IMG/VR virus record: IMGVR_UViG_3300046170_000502
Span: 32,001-96,000 of that record
Length of the DNA stretch: 64,000 bases
Reading direction: 5' to 3' (one strand)
Source: a virus
Shown: one piece after another, positions 16,986 to 25,652 of the stretch
How positions within the stretch are numbered: the first letter of the stretch is position 1
How the letters are laid out: the number at the start of each line of letters is the position of its first letter
Position numbers and translations under genes: made by a program
The notes under the pieces: generated by a model
What the model saw: the letters and a program-made list of their open reading frames with translations, nothing else
Database searches by the model: none
What the model was told of the DNA's origin: nothing

Positions 16986-17207
16986 TTATTTCAAGCCGTC
17001 TCTTAATTCGCTTAACTCTTTTGTTACCTTGCTGAATTCTTTATGAGCTTGTTGCAATGCGTTTAATGCGTCGGCAACGGCTTCACCTTGCGTAAGGGTT
17101 GCCATGTCAGATTCAGCAAGAAACTTTAGGTTGCCTTTAGCTTTGGACATTGCAAGCGAGCATTCGAGAGTCGGATATCTTTTTATTTTTTTATTTGTTT
17201 CTGTCAT
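16986..17207 (-). CDS. small helical protein, paralog family A copy 3
   Basis: MSKAKGNLKFL...TLTQGE..DAL pattern; promoter 17243-17215. Confidence 0.75.
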   Translation of the reverse strand: MTETNKKIKRYPTLECSLAMSKAKGNLKFLAESDMATLTQGEAVADALNALQQAHKEFSKVTKELSELRDGLK

Positions 17208-17507
17208 AGTATAGAGAGTAAAGAGTTTTTATTGATGCGTCAAGCTTTAAGCGAATAAAGGATGAATTCTAATGTTGCGAGGATGCCAAGCCATTGTTTT
17301 CTGTGATCTATACAGACGACAAAGCACTTGTTTACCTAGGCGATCATCTGTAAACTCTTTGATCACTTGGTAAGTATTATTATCTCTTGCGAGTACGACA
17401 TCATTTTTTTTATACATATTTTATATTGGTTATTTAATTAATCTTATATATACAATCTAACACATTCTGACCAAAAGTCAAGCCCATAGCAAAAAAACTT
17501 TGTGTCG

Positions 17508-17532
17508 TAAACTATTGATTATTATATACTTA
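17508..17532. repeat. single degenerate dyad (half of the 77-bp element)
   Basis: TAAACTATTG-ATTAT-TATATACTTA at the outer edge of the early region. Confidence 0.45.
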
Positions 17533-17585
17533 TGAAAACATAGAAAAAAAAGTTAAAAAAAGTTTTAATTATTAGTTATTCTGTA

Positions 17586-17611
17586 CCCCCTACCCCCTTA
17601 TGACCCTACCC
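17586..17611 (-). other. G-quadruplex-forming motif
   Basis: Minus strand GGG-TA-GGG-TCATAA-GGGGG-TA-GGGGG. Confidence 0.55.
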
Positions 17612-17773
17612 ATTAAATGAATTCATTTTTCGATCGCATTGTGCAATAGCCGCCGGGGGTGCCTTTTTTCAATATGAAATGCAACCTAATAAATTATAAT
17701 ATATTGCTCAAGCCAAAAAAAATCCAGCCACTATATAAAAACAACTTAAATAAGTGTATAATATATTAGTAAA

Positions 17774-18506
17774 ATGGCTCGAAAACGTAAAAAAACCGAG
17801 ATAACAGATGAAGATGAGATCAAAAAGATCGCATCTTCTCTGCACAAAAGAAATGTCAAGCTGAAAAAACTAAGCCTTAACTGACAAACAAATGGCTTTA
17901 TTAAAGATAATATTTGATAAAGAAACCAGTATTGTATTCATTAGTGGCCCTGCGGGCACAAGTAAAACTTATATAGCAATATATGGAGCATTACAATTAT
18001 ATAATATGAATAATGATCGCGGCATCACATATGTACGCACAATCGCAGAAAGTGGCGAAAAAAGCCTTGGCGCACTTCCTGGAGAAATGGCTGAGAAGAT
18101 CAATCCATATATGATGCCTATGAATGAAAAGCTTGATGAGCTTTTGGTTCCTGGCCAAGCCAGTATTTTAAAAGAAAAGGATATTGTAAAAGGTATGCCT
18201 GTAAATTACCTTCGCGGAGCCAGTTGGATGGACGAAATCGTAATCGCGGACGAATCTCAGAATTTCACATTCAAAGAGCTTACTACTTTAATGACCCGAC
18301 TTGGTCGCGGCAGTAAATTAATCATTTGTGGCGATCCAATGCAAAGCGACATCAATGGAAAAAGTGGATTTGCAGATATGTATTCTATTTTTGATGATCA
18401 AGAAAGCAAACAACGAGGTGTACATACATTTCATTTTGGAGCAGAAGATATAATGAGAAGTGAAATACTAAAATTTGTAATAACAAAAATACAAAATAAA
18501 AAATAA
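17774..18506 (+). CDS. phoH: PhoH-family ATPase; 5' part (17774-17884) is out of frame by +1 with the main ORF (17892-18506)
   Basis: GPAGTSKT, RGASW, IADESQN, TRLG..SKLIICGDPMQSD, RSEI motifs; LTDKQ lies in the main frame upstream of ATG 17892. Confidence 0.88.
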
Positions 18507-18521
18507 AAAAAAATATAAAAA

Positions 18522-18794
18522 ATGAGTAACAGTTTAAGCGAAACAGCGACAGAAGTATCGGAATTAAATTCGCAATTAGAGCTAATAGAATCGAGAGTAC
18601 CTAGAGTAATTATTAAAAATGGCGTTGGAGCCCCATCCCAACATAGCGATGGAACTGCTTTAAAGAAAGGAGATATATGGATATGGAGCGGCTTTTATAC
18701 TGACACATATTTATATATGTATATTGGCGGTTCTACTTCAAATCTTGCGCCGAATGGGTGGATACGAATTGGATATGCAGATGCCACTACCTAA
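18522..18794 (+). CDS. hypothetical protein, possibly virion/fibre-like
   Basis: GAPS...KGDIWI pattern seen in fibre proteins. Confidence 0.55.
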   Translation: MSNSLSETATEVSELNSQLELIESRVPRVIIKNGVGAPSQHSDGTALKKGDIWIWSGFYTDTYLYMYIGGSTSNLAPNGWIRIGYADATT

Positions 18795-18806
18795 AAATGG
18801 TTTATT

Positions 18807-19121
18807 GTGCAATTAATCATTGAATCTTTTTTGACTGAGCCACCTAGCGAAATCTCTTGTTTTCGCGATATTACATTATATGCAAAAACTTATATTTTTG
18901 ATGATATTTTACTTTTATGTCCGACTGGAACTCGCGGCGCATATTGGAATTGGATAAAACAACATGGTGTGCACGATTTTATTTCTCAATTAATAATAGA
19001 ACATGAAAAAGAGCCTGGATGTACGATTGGCGTATCTCCAGGCTCTAATATAGTTACAGATCGTATAACCTGCAACAATTTAAATCAAATTATTAATTCG
19101 CTGATTGAGTTTCGGGCTTAA
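18807..19121 (+). CDS. hypothetical protein
   Basis: 104-aa ORF. Confidence 0.6.
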   Translation: MQLIIESFLTEPPSEISCFRDITLYAKTYIFDDILLLCPTGTRGAYWNWIKQHGVHDFISQLIIEHEKEPGCTIGVSPGSNIVTDRITCNNLNQIINSLIEFRA

Positions 19122-19410
19122 CTTGATCAACAGCCTCCTGAGCAAGCTCTTCAGCTTTCTTGTTCGCGGCTTCTATAATTTCACTAACTTGTTCATCTTT
19201 AAGTTTTTCAACTTCATTTTTAGCTTGTTCTAGGGCTTTATTTTGAGATAACTGAATTATAGCATTTAGAGATACTTGAGATAATGCTTCTCCGAGTGTA
19301 GCTCTTGATAGAAATTCATTTGCTATGATCATCGCAGCATTTTGGCGTTCAGGTGAAACTTCAGGGTCTTTCGATTCTGTATTTTGTGATTCTGTATTTT
19401 GATCTGTCAT
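19093..19410 (-). CDS. hypothetical acidic helical protein
   Basis: 105-aa ORF. Confidence 0.7.
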   Translation of the reverse strand: MTDQNTESQNTESKDPEVSPERQNAAMIIANEFLSRATLGEALSQVSLNAIIQLSQNKALEQAKNEVEKLKDEQVSEIIEAANKKAEELAQEAVDQVKPETQSAN

Positions 19411-19459
19411 ATTGTATATTATGTATATTTTTTTAGATTTAAAGTTTTTTAATAAAAAT

Positions 19460-19651
19460 TTAGTTTTTCTTTTTTATAGAGTTGAAAATTAAAAGATCAT
19501 AATACAATTGTTTTTGCAGTGTATTATTTTCTTGATTCAATTGTTTTATTTGTTGGTTTTGTTTTTTGATTGTTTCAAACTGTTCCCATATAAGCCAAGT
19601 TCCGTAAAAAAACAACAGTAAAATGCTTATTTTTGTTAATGGTTGATTCAT
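19460..19651 (-). CDS. small membrane-anchored coiled-coil protein
   Basis: N-terminal hydrophobic segment, then heptad pattern. Confidence 0.55.
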   Translation of the reverse strand: MNQPLTKISILLLFFYGTWLIWEQFETIKKQNQQIKQLNQENNTLQKQLYYDLLIFNSIKKKN

Positions 19652-19792
19652 GTATATACAATAATATTAAAATATTTTATATATTCAAAATATGATATAG
19701 TTTTGTTTCAAAAGATACAATAAGTAAAAATAAAATAAATTATGCAGAAATTCTGCAATCATCTTTTAATAACTTTAGTGTATTCTATAGAA

Positions 19793-20362
19793 ATGGCAAA
19801 TATTAGTATATCAGACCTCGATCCTCTTCCGGGCGGTTATTTATCAACAGACCTCGTAGTGGTACAAAGGGATACCCAGGCATACAAACTCCCTATATCT
19901 GACCTTTCTAGCGCTGTAAATGCGGCAAGTAGATACGTTGATCAAGCTTCGATTAGCATATCCGCACATAATCTTAGCGAATTTAAAAGCGGAAAGAGGA
20001 TCTCGTTTAGAAAAAATGGACTACTTAACCAAGGTTCCTCGTTTGTAATTCAAATGAATTTTGACAATGGCGGAATGGCACTAGTTAAAAATGTAAATAC
20101 AAGCGAAATAAATGGAGTTGGAGGTTTGATTCCTTCCAATAGGCCTTATCAAATTTTATTTAAAACTTTAAGCGGAGACGTATATGCGGATATCATTATT
20201 GATAGCGCAAGCGATTCTGTAAGCTTCGAAAATATATATGTAAAGTCAGGGGTAACCACAAGTTATCAAGCTTCGTCTATCGCAGACTCATTAAATACAT
20301 CTTCATTAAGATCTAGCGATACTCAATTAAGCGCATCAATTATAGCGTCAATTGTATCCTAA
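19793..20362 (+). CDS. putative virion structural protein (start revised to 19793)
   Basis: MANISISDLDPLP N-terminus typical of fibre/structural proteins; GTGTA motif 10 nt upstream. Confidence 0.6.
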   Translation: MANISISDLDPLPGGYLSTDLVVVQRDTQAYKLPISDLSSAVNAASRYVDQASISISAHNLSEFKSGKRISFRKNGLLNQGSSFVIQMNFDNGGMALVKNVNTSEINGVGGLIPSNRPYQILFKTLSGDVYADIIIDSASDSVSFENIYVKSGVTTSYQASSIADSLNTSSLRSSDTQLSASIIASIVS

Positions 20363-20559
20363 TTGGATTTTCTCTTTTTACTTTTTATTCTTTTGATTTC
20401 TTCTGGGAGAATTTTTATAACCTCCTCAGTTTCATTTTCCATCATCATTTCAGCCGGAGTCAAACCGTTTAACTGCGCATTTTCAGTCTTTAACCAGCAG
20501 GTTGATTGATACGAATTTAAATTTTTACTCAAAAGTTCAAGAATAGATTTTTGCGACAT
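20359..20559 (-). CDS. stand-alone Xre/MbcA/ParS-type antitoxin C-terminal domain
   Basis: WLKTENAQLNGLTPAEMM...EEVIKIL fits the WLxxPNxxLxGxTPxxLL pattern. Confidence 0.65.
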   Translation of the reverse strand: MSQKSILELLSKNLNSYQSTCWLKTENAQLNGLTPAEMMMENETEEVIKILPEEIKRIKSKKRKSN

Positions 20560-20613
20560 GTAATATATTACACTAAAAAATATTTTTTTAAATTTGGGAG
20601 TGTATATATAGCA

Positions 20614-21048
20614 ATGGGGCCGATATTGAATACAATTATTGGGGCAGGAATAAAATTAGCCTGCAATTTTATAAATGCATGGTTAGAGCAAAAAAGGCAA
20701 GATCAACTGGCATTGGCTGCGAGAGACGATAAAATGCTTCAAGCTTTAATTGATCAACAAACGAAAACCGCTAGTGATCCATTTGTTAAAGTTACTCGTA
20801 GGATACTTTTTATGAGCATTACTTTTACGATGTGTTTTTTGATGATTTATTACGCAATGAATCCGCATATAACTTACAATTTGATTGTCCCAAAGGGAGA
20901 TAATGCAAAATGGGGTTTCTTCTCTTGGATTCTAGGAGGCAAAGATTGGGAGATAGTGCAAATGACTGGAGGCTTAATGCTTGCATCGTTTATGGATTTA
21001 TGTTTTATGGTGGTAGGCTTCTACGCGATACCAAGTAAAAGAAGATGA
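20614..21048 (+). CDS. membrane protein, holin-like (start revised to 20614)
   Basis: Several hydrophobic segments; DPFVKVTRRIL and GFYAI patterns resembling 3TM holins; GTGTA 9 nt upstream. Confidence 0.5.
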   Translation: MGPILNTIIGAGIKLACNFINAWLEQKRQDQLALAARDDKMLQALIDQQTKTASDPFVKVTRRILFMSITFTMCFLMIYYAMNPHITYNLIVPKGDNAKWGFFSWILGGKDWEIVQMTGGLMLASFMDLCFMVVGFYAIPSKRR

Positions 21049-21308
21049 GGGTTTTAGGTTGCTTTTTTATATTGTTCTTAAGTTCTTGCTCATCTAAGCT
21101 AAGGAATATAAAGCTAAATCCAGCGCCAGTTAAAAATGAATTTAATTCAATAGATTCAAATAGTGATTTGACTATTTCTCCAGACGAGTACAATTTTTAC
21201 AAGCAGGCTGAATACAATTCAATCGATCCTATTGGATGGTTTTTTATTATTTTTGGATTAGTATTTCTATTTTCTGTTGTTTTAGGGTATTTTGTAAAGA
21301 GTAAATGA
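21045..21308 (+). CDS. lipoprotein with EF-hand-like loop and C-terminal TM
   Basis: Lipobox LSSC, DSNSDLTISPDE loop, hydrophobic C-terminus. Confidence 0.6.
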   Translation: MRVLGCFFILFLSSCSSKLRNIKLNPAPVKNEFNSIDSNSDLTISPDEYNFYKQAEYNSIDPIGWFFIIFGLVFLFSVVLGYFVKSK

Positions 21309-21895
21309 GTACAAGTTTAGATATTATTACCGTGCTAACAGGCGTTGTCTCTGCCGCAACTGCCGTATTAGGTGTTTGGTTGAAAGTGAAGTATGACGAG
21401 AGAAAACATAAGCAATTAAACTACGATCCGAGTTTACACAGCAATGTCGTTACCGCCTTGGAGTTCATCGTGAGGGAAACTAGTGCGGATAGAGCTTATA
21501 TACTAGAATTTCACAATGGAGAGCAATATTTTTCAGGCAGGGGGCAACAAAAATTAAGCTGCACATATGAATGTGTGAATGACGGAATAAGCGTTGAGTG
21601 TCAAAATCTCCAAAATATAAGGGTGTCAAATTTTCACGGATTAATGAATTCTATTTCCAGGCAAGAAACATTTTCGTGTCCAGATACAGAAGAGTATATA
21701 GGCGATTTTACGTTCAAGTCCTTGCTTCAGTCTAAAGGTGTAGAAAGTATGTTTGCCAGACCAATAAAAACTTTGAATGGAAAAATTATAGGAATACTTT
21801 GCTTGGAGTATGTAAAAGAAAAGCGTAAGTGGGGGCATGATTCCGAGGAATTTATAAAAAAGCAAGCGAATCTCGTTAGTGGGTATTTGATATAA
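21305..21895 (+). CDS. N-terminal TM + GAF-like domain protein (T4 holin T-like architecture)
   Basis: One TM, then ADRAYILEFHNG...SCTYE...IGILCLEY. Confidence 0.6.
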   Translation: MSTSLDIITVLTGVVSAATAVLGVWLKVKYDERKHKQLNYDPSLHSNVVTALEFIVRETSADRAYILEFHNGEQYFSGRGQQKLSCTYECVNDGISVECQNLQNIRVSNFHGLMNSISRQETFSCPDTEEYIGDFTFKSLLQSKGVESMFARPIKTLNGKIIGILCLEYVKEKRKWGHDSEEFIKKQANLVSGYLI

Positions 21896-21922
21896 TTACA
21901 TTTTTAGCTATAATATATTATT

Positions 21923-22294
21923 ATGGCTTTTTCTTATTGTCCTCATTGTGGTTTTAAAAATATGTACTCCTTGCAAGCGCCAAAATTTTGCGGCGGCTGC
22001 GGGGAAGGTTTGAGTTTATTAAGCGCTTCCAAGCAAATAAAAACAGCGACTTCTGTCCCAACAACTCAAAGTAAACAAAAACGAAAAGCGCTTAGTCGAG
22101 CTCCTATAGAGCTGGAAGACGATCCTGATGGATTAGATATTTACGAAATTCCAGATATAACTAAATTATCTTATTCTATCCAAATTGATAAAAATAAATT
22201 CAACTTAAAGGATATAATCCCCCTTGAGGATTTAGAAAATTTCAAAGAAGAGCCCAAAAAGAAAAAGAGCCGTGGCCGACCAAGAAAAAAGTAA
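21923..22294 (+). CDS. zinc-ribbon protein
   Basis: CPHCG...FCGGCG N-terminus. Confidence 0.75.
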   Translation: MAFSYCPHCGFKNMYSLQAPKFCGGCGEGLSLLSASKQIKTATSVPTTQSKQKRKALSRAPIELEDDPDGLDIYEIPDITKLSYSIQIDKNKFNLKDIIPLEDLENFKEEPKKKKSRGRPRKK

Positions 22295-23015
22295 TTATAC
22301 TTACGAGGATAAGGCGAAAGAAATTGACCAAGAAATAAAAAAGAGAAGAGGCAAATGGTTTCTAGATTCATTGGCCTGGTTTGACTTTGAAGATGTAGAG
22401 CAAATTATAAAAGCTCACATATATAAAAAATGGCATCAATGGGATCAAAGCCGATCCCTTAAGCCTTGGATGAATAAGATTATAACCAATCAAATGAAGA
22501 ATATTCTGCGCAATAATTACAGTAACTTTGTTAGACCCTGTCTTAACTGCCCGTTTAATCAGTCTTGCGCCACAAAAGACGGAGGGGAGGCTTCGTTATG
22601 CGGATTCACGAAGAGTGGCTTGCAGGATTCATCGTGCCCTCTTTACTTGAAGTGGGAAAAAACCAAAAAGTCCGCTTACGGCATAAAGATGGCGCTAGCT
22701 TTAGATAATCATAGTCACGAGGTTCAAGCTATGGAGGATAATAATTTTGACATTATGGAGTCTCAGGGGAAACTTAATAAATGCATGAAGCGAGAATTAT
22801 CCAAAAAGCAGTATCTTGTTTACGAGTTATTATTCATCAAGCATATCGACGAAGAAGAGGTCGCTCAAAAGATGGGGTACAAAACAAGCGAAAAGGGCAG
22901 GAAAGCTGGGTATAAGCAAATAAAAAACCTTAAAAAAATCTTCAAGCAAAAAGCTCAAGAAATTTTAAAAAATGAAGATATTATTTCTGTCAGGGGAGTT
23001 ATACCATGGAGCTAA
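22272..23015 (+). CDS. phage-encoded sigma70/ECF-like RNA polymerase sigma factor
   Basis: Region 2-like DFEDVEQ...LKPWMNKIITNQMKN and region 4-like LSKKQYLVYEL...EEVAQKMG; Cys-rich insert. Confidence 0.75.
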   Translation: MADQEKSNYTYEDKAKEIDQEIKKRRGKWFLDSLAWFDFEDVEQIIKAHIYKKWHQWDQSRSLKPWMNKIITNQMKNILRNNYSNFVRPCLNCPFNQSCATKDGGEASLCGFTKSGLQDSSCPLYLKWEKTKKSAYGIKMALALDNHSHEVQAMEDNNFDIMESQGKLNKCMKRELSKKQYLVYELLFIKHIDEEEVAQKMGYKTSEKGRKAGYKQIKNLKKIFKQKAQEILKNEDIISVRGVIPWS

Positions 23016-24058
23016 CCGACGAGCAAAAAACATTAATTCAGGAGAGCTCTAAGACTATATCGGATCTAACCGAGTTAACTAGATTAGCTTTTCCCGAGTC
23101 AGCAAAAATTGACGGCAGAAGTAAACAGGGTCGGTCGGTTCGAGCATTTTTAGCTCAAAATAAAATCGACTACGAAACTAAACATTTGGAGCCGAAAGAA
23201 ATTATCGCTCTAAATGAAGAACAAAAAGAATTCACCACCCAATCGATAAAAGACGGTATGAATTGCGCGCAGATTGCAACCATACTATTCCCAGAAGTGA
23301 GGGTAACTAAAGTAAGTAAAGAATATCTTGCTGTTTTTCAATTTGTAGATGCATCTCAAGAAATAAAGGTACCGTCCATCGAAGACGCTGTGCACAAAAA
23401 GTATTCACCGCCTAAAGCAGAAAGCAAAATAATTAAAAAAATTAATGATTGTTGCCAAAAAACGATAAATGAAAATAAATTATCAATGATGGAGAGAAAA
23501 AGCATTGAGGCTTTGGCGACTTTTCTAGCTTCACCGAGATTTATTCAAATTATTAATAATTACGATAGCTCAGAAGATAGAGATCTATTTGAAGCAGAAT
23601 TTGTTCGGGCAACATGGGATAAGCCTGATTTAAGTAATGATGAAATTAATTTATATATTAATGTCTGCATGGATTATATTCACTTAAAAAACATCCAAGG
23701 AGCGATCAATAAACTAAATAGAATGTTTGACGACGCCGAAGATCAACAGGATTTAACTGTTCGCCTGGCCGAACTTTTGAAAACAAAAAGCGAAGAATAC
23801 AATCAATGCGAAAAAAGAATGGAATCTTTAATTCAAAAATTACAGGGAGACCGTTCGAAAAGGGTGTCTTCTCAACACAAACAAAATGCAAGCATTCTTT
23901 CTCTCGTGCAGCTATTTCAAGAGGAGGAGGAGCGAAAGGTCATGATTAAAATCGCTCAGCTGCAGAAAAAAGCCGCAAAGGATGAAGCTGATAAACTTGA
24001 ATCTATGCCAGACTGGAAAGCTAGAGTTTTGGGAATATCTAAAGAAGATGCAATATAA
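23006..24058 (+). CDS. hypothetical helical protein in the packaging cluster
   Basis: 350-aa ORF coupled to the sigma gene. Confidence 0.7.
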   Translation: MELTDEQKTLIQESSKTISDLTELTRLAFPESAKIDGRSKQGRSVRAFLAQNKIDYETKHLEPKEIIALNEEQKEFTTQSIKDGMNCAQIATILFPEVRVTKVSKEYLAVFQFVDASQEIKVPSIEDAVHKKYSPPKAESKIIKKINDCCQKTINENKLSMMERKSIEALATFLASPRFIQIINNYDSSEDRDLFEAEFVRATWDKPDLSNDEINLYINVCMDYIHLKNIQGAINKLNRMFDDAEDQQDLTVRLAELLKTKSEEYNQCEKRMESLIQKLQGDRSKRVSSQHKQNASILSLVQLFQEEEERKVMIKIAQLQKKAAKDEADKLESMPDWKARVLGISKEDAI

Positions 24059-24063
24059 ATTCT

Positions 24064-24738
24064 ATGAAAACAATAACCATAGAAAAACAATATTTCAAGC
24101 CCACATCTACAGAAAAACAAGAATCTAAATTCATAGATAAAAGCGCACTCGGGTTTGGGTGGAGGCCCGGTCAGGAAAGGTTTAAGTTGATCATTAGATC
24201 GTGCTTTATTGATGGCACAGGAGTTTCTGAAGCGCTAAAGCTTTCTTTTTGTCGAGATGTGGAGGTGCAAGATTGCGAATTCCTAGGTGGTTATGAAGAT
24301 TGCGTTGATATTGTGCGCGGAGAAAATATATCTTTCAAAAATTGCCATTTTATATCCCAAAATTCTCGACAACACATAACGTGCAAAGGGGGCGCAAGAA
24401 ATATAAGTTTTACGAATTGCAAATTTACTGGGGCGTTTAAAAATTGGTGGAATGGAGCTTGCATTGATTTAGGTAATTGGACAGATTATGATGACGTAGA
24501 TCGACCAAGGGTTAGGGGTGTGAGAATTAAAAATTGCATTATGAAGGATGTGTGCACTCAAGTTTTATATAGAAAACTTTATTCTGAAAAACCTGAAGTT
24601 GAGAATAGTTATGGTATTAAATTGAATATTCCAAATGTATTTGTGAAAGTGTTTTGGGCATTGCAAAGAATGAAGCTGCTTGGAGAAAGAAGAACATTCG
24701 ATGAGGATTGGTTAAAAGTTTATGATTTCGAATTATGA
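24064..24738 (+). CDS. right-handed beta-helix (pectin lyase-like) protein
   Basis: Repeating xIxNCxF units (VQDCEF, FKNCHF, FTNCKF, IKNCIM). Confidence 0.7.
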   Translation: MKTITIEKQYFKPTSTEKQESKFIDKSALGFGWRPGQERFKLIIRSCFIDGTGVSEALKLSFCRDVEVQDCEFLGGYEDCVDIVRGENISFKNCHFISQNSRQHITCKGGARNISFTNCKFTGAFKNWWNGACIDLGNWTDYDDVDRPRVRGVRIKNCIMKDVCTQVLYRKLYSEKPEVENSYGIKLNIPNVFVKVFWALQRMKLLGERRTFDEDWLKVYDFEL

Positions 24739-25652
24739 TCGCTTGCAAAATATGTTCAAAAAAATTCGAGACCGAAAAAGAATTACATTTTCATTTGAAG
24801 TCTCACAAGATTACTCTTGCGGAATATTATGTGAAATATTATCCTCGATATAATTTATTGACAGAAGAACCTCTACCGTTCAAGACAAAAGAACAATATT
24901 TTAGTAAAGATTTTAGCTACAGGAAACAATTACTTCAATGGTGCGAACAAGAAGATTGTAATACAGTGAGAGAATATATTCTTAATATGCTTAAAAAAAG
25001 AATTAAGCATAAAGAATTAAAATTTGCACCATTTCATTTGGAATTAGTTGTCAATGATTTTCCAGGAGTAGACATTTACCAAAAACATTTCGGATCGTAC
25101 ACTCAGGCATGCCAAGAAGCTGGGGTCGAACCTATGTTTGATTGCAGGTTGCCTGCTGAGTGGAAAAATGAAGTTAAATCAAATTTAGAAATATTTATTG
25201 ACACTCGAGAACAGCAACCTTTATATTTTAAAAATTCTAAATCATTAAAGTTAGATTTTGGGGATTATGCGGTTGGTGGAGATGATTATGATTATACATA
25301 TGTAGATCGAAAAGGAGAGCAAGATTTTAAGTCAACTTTAAGTAAAAATAATTATCAAAGATTTAAAGCCGAGTTGCAAAGAGCAAGAGATATGGACAGT
25401 TATTTATTTGTAGTTACAGAAAGTGATTTATTCCAAATAGATAAAAACAATAAATGGTCGCCGCACCGCTCAAATTTAAAATATATATATCACAATATGA
25501 GAGTTCTTGCGCACGAATTTGCAGGTCACTGTCAATTCATTTTTAGCGGAAGCAGGGGCCAATCAGAAGAATTAATTCCAAAAATTTTAACATTAGGTAA
25601 AAAATTATGGAAAGTTGATTTACAATATTACATCGACAATAAACTTATATAA
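24735..25652 (+). CDS. C2H2 zinc finger + ERCC4/XPF-type nuclease
   Basis: CKIC...HLKSH; IDTREQQP, LDFGDY, VDRKGEQDF, ELQRA motifs. Confidence 0.8.
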   Translation: MIACKICSKKFETEKELHFHLKSHKITLAEYYVKYYPRYNLLTEEPLPFKTKEQYFSKDFSYRKQLLQWCEQEDCNTVREYILNMLKKRIKHKELKFAPFHLELVVNDFPGVDIYQKHFGSYTQACQEAGVEPMFDCRLPAEWKNEVKSNLEIFIDTREQQPLYFKNSKSLKLDFGDYAVGGDDYDYTYVDRKGEQDFKSTLSKNNYQRFKAELQRARDMDSYLFVVTESDLFQIDKNNKWSPHRSNLKYIYHNMRVLAHEFAGHCQFIFSGSRGQSEELIPKILTLGKKLWKVDLQYYIDNKLI

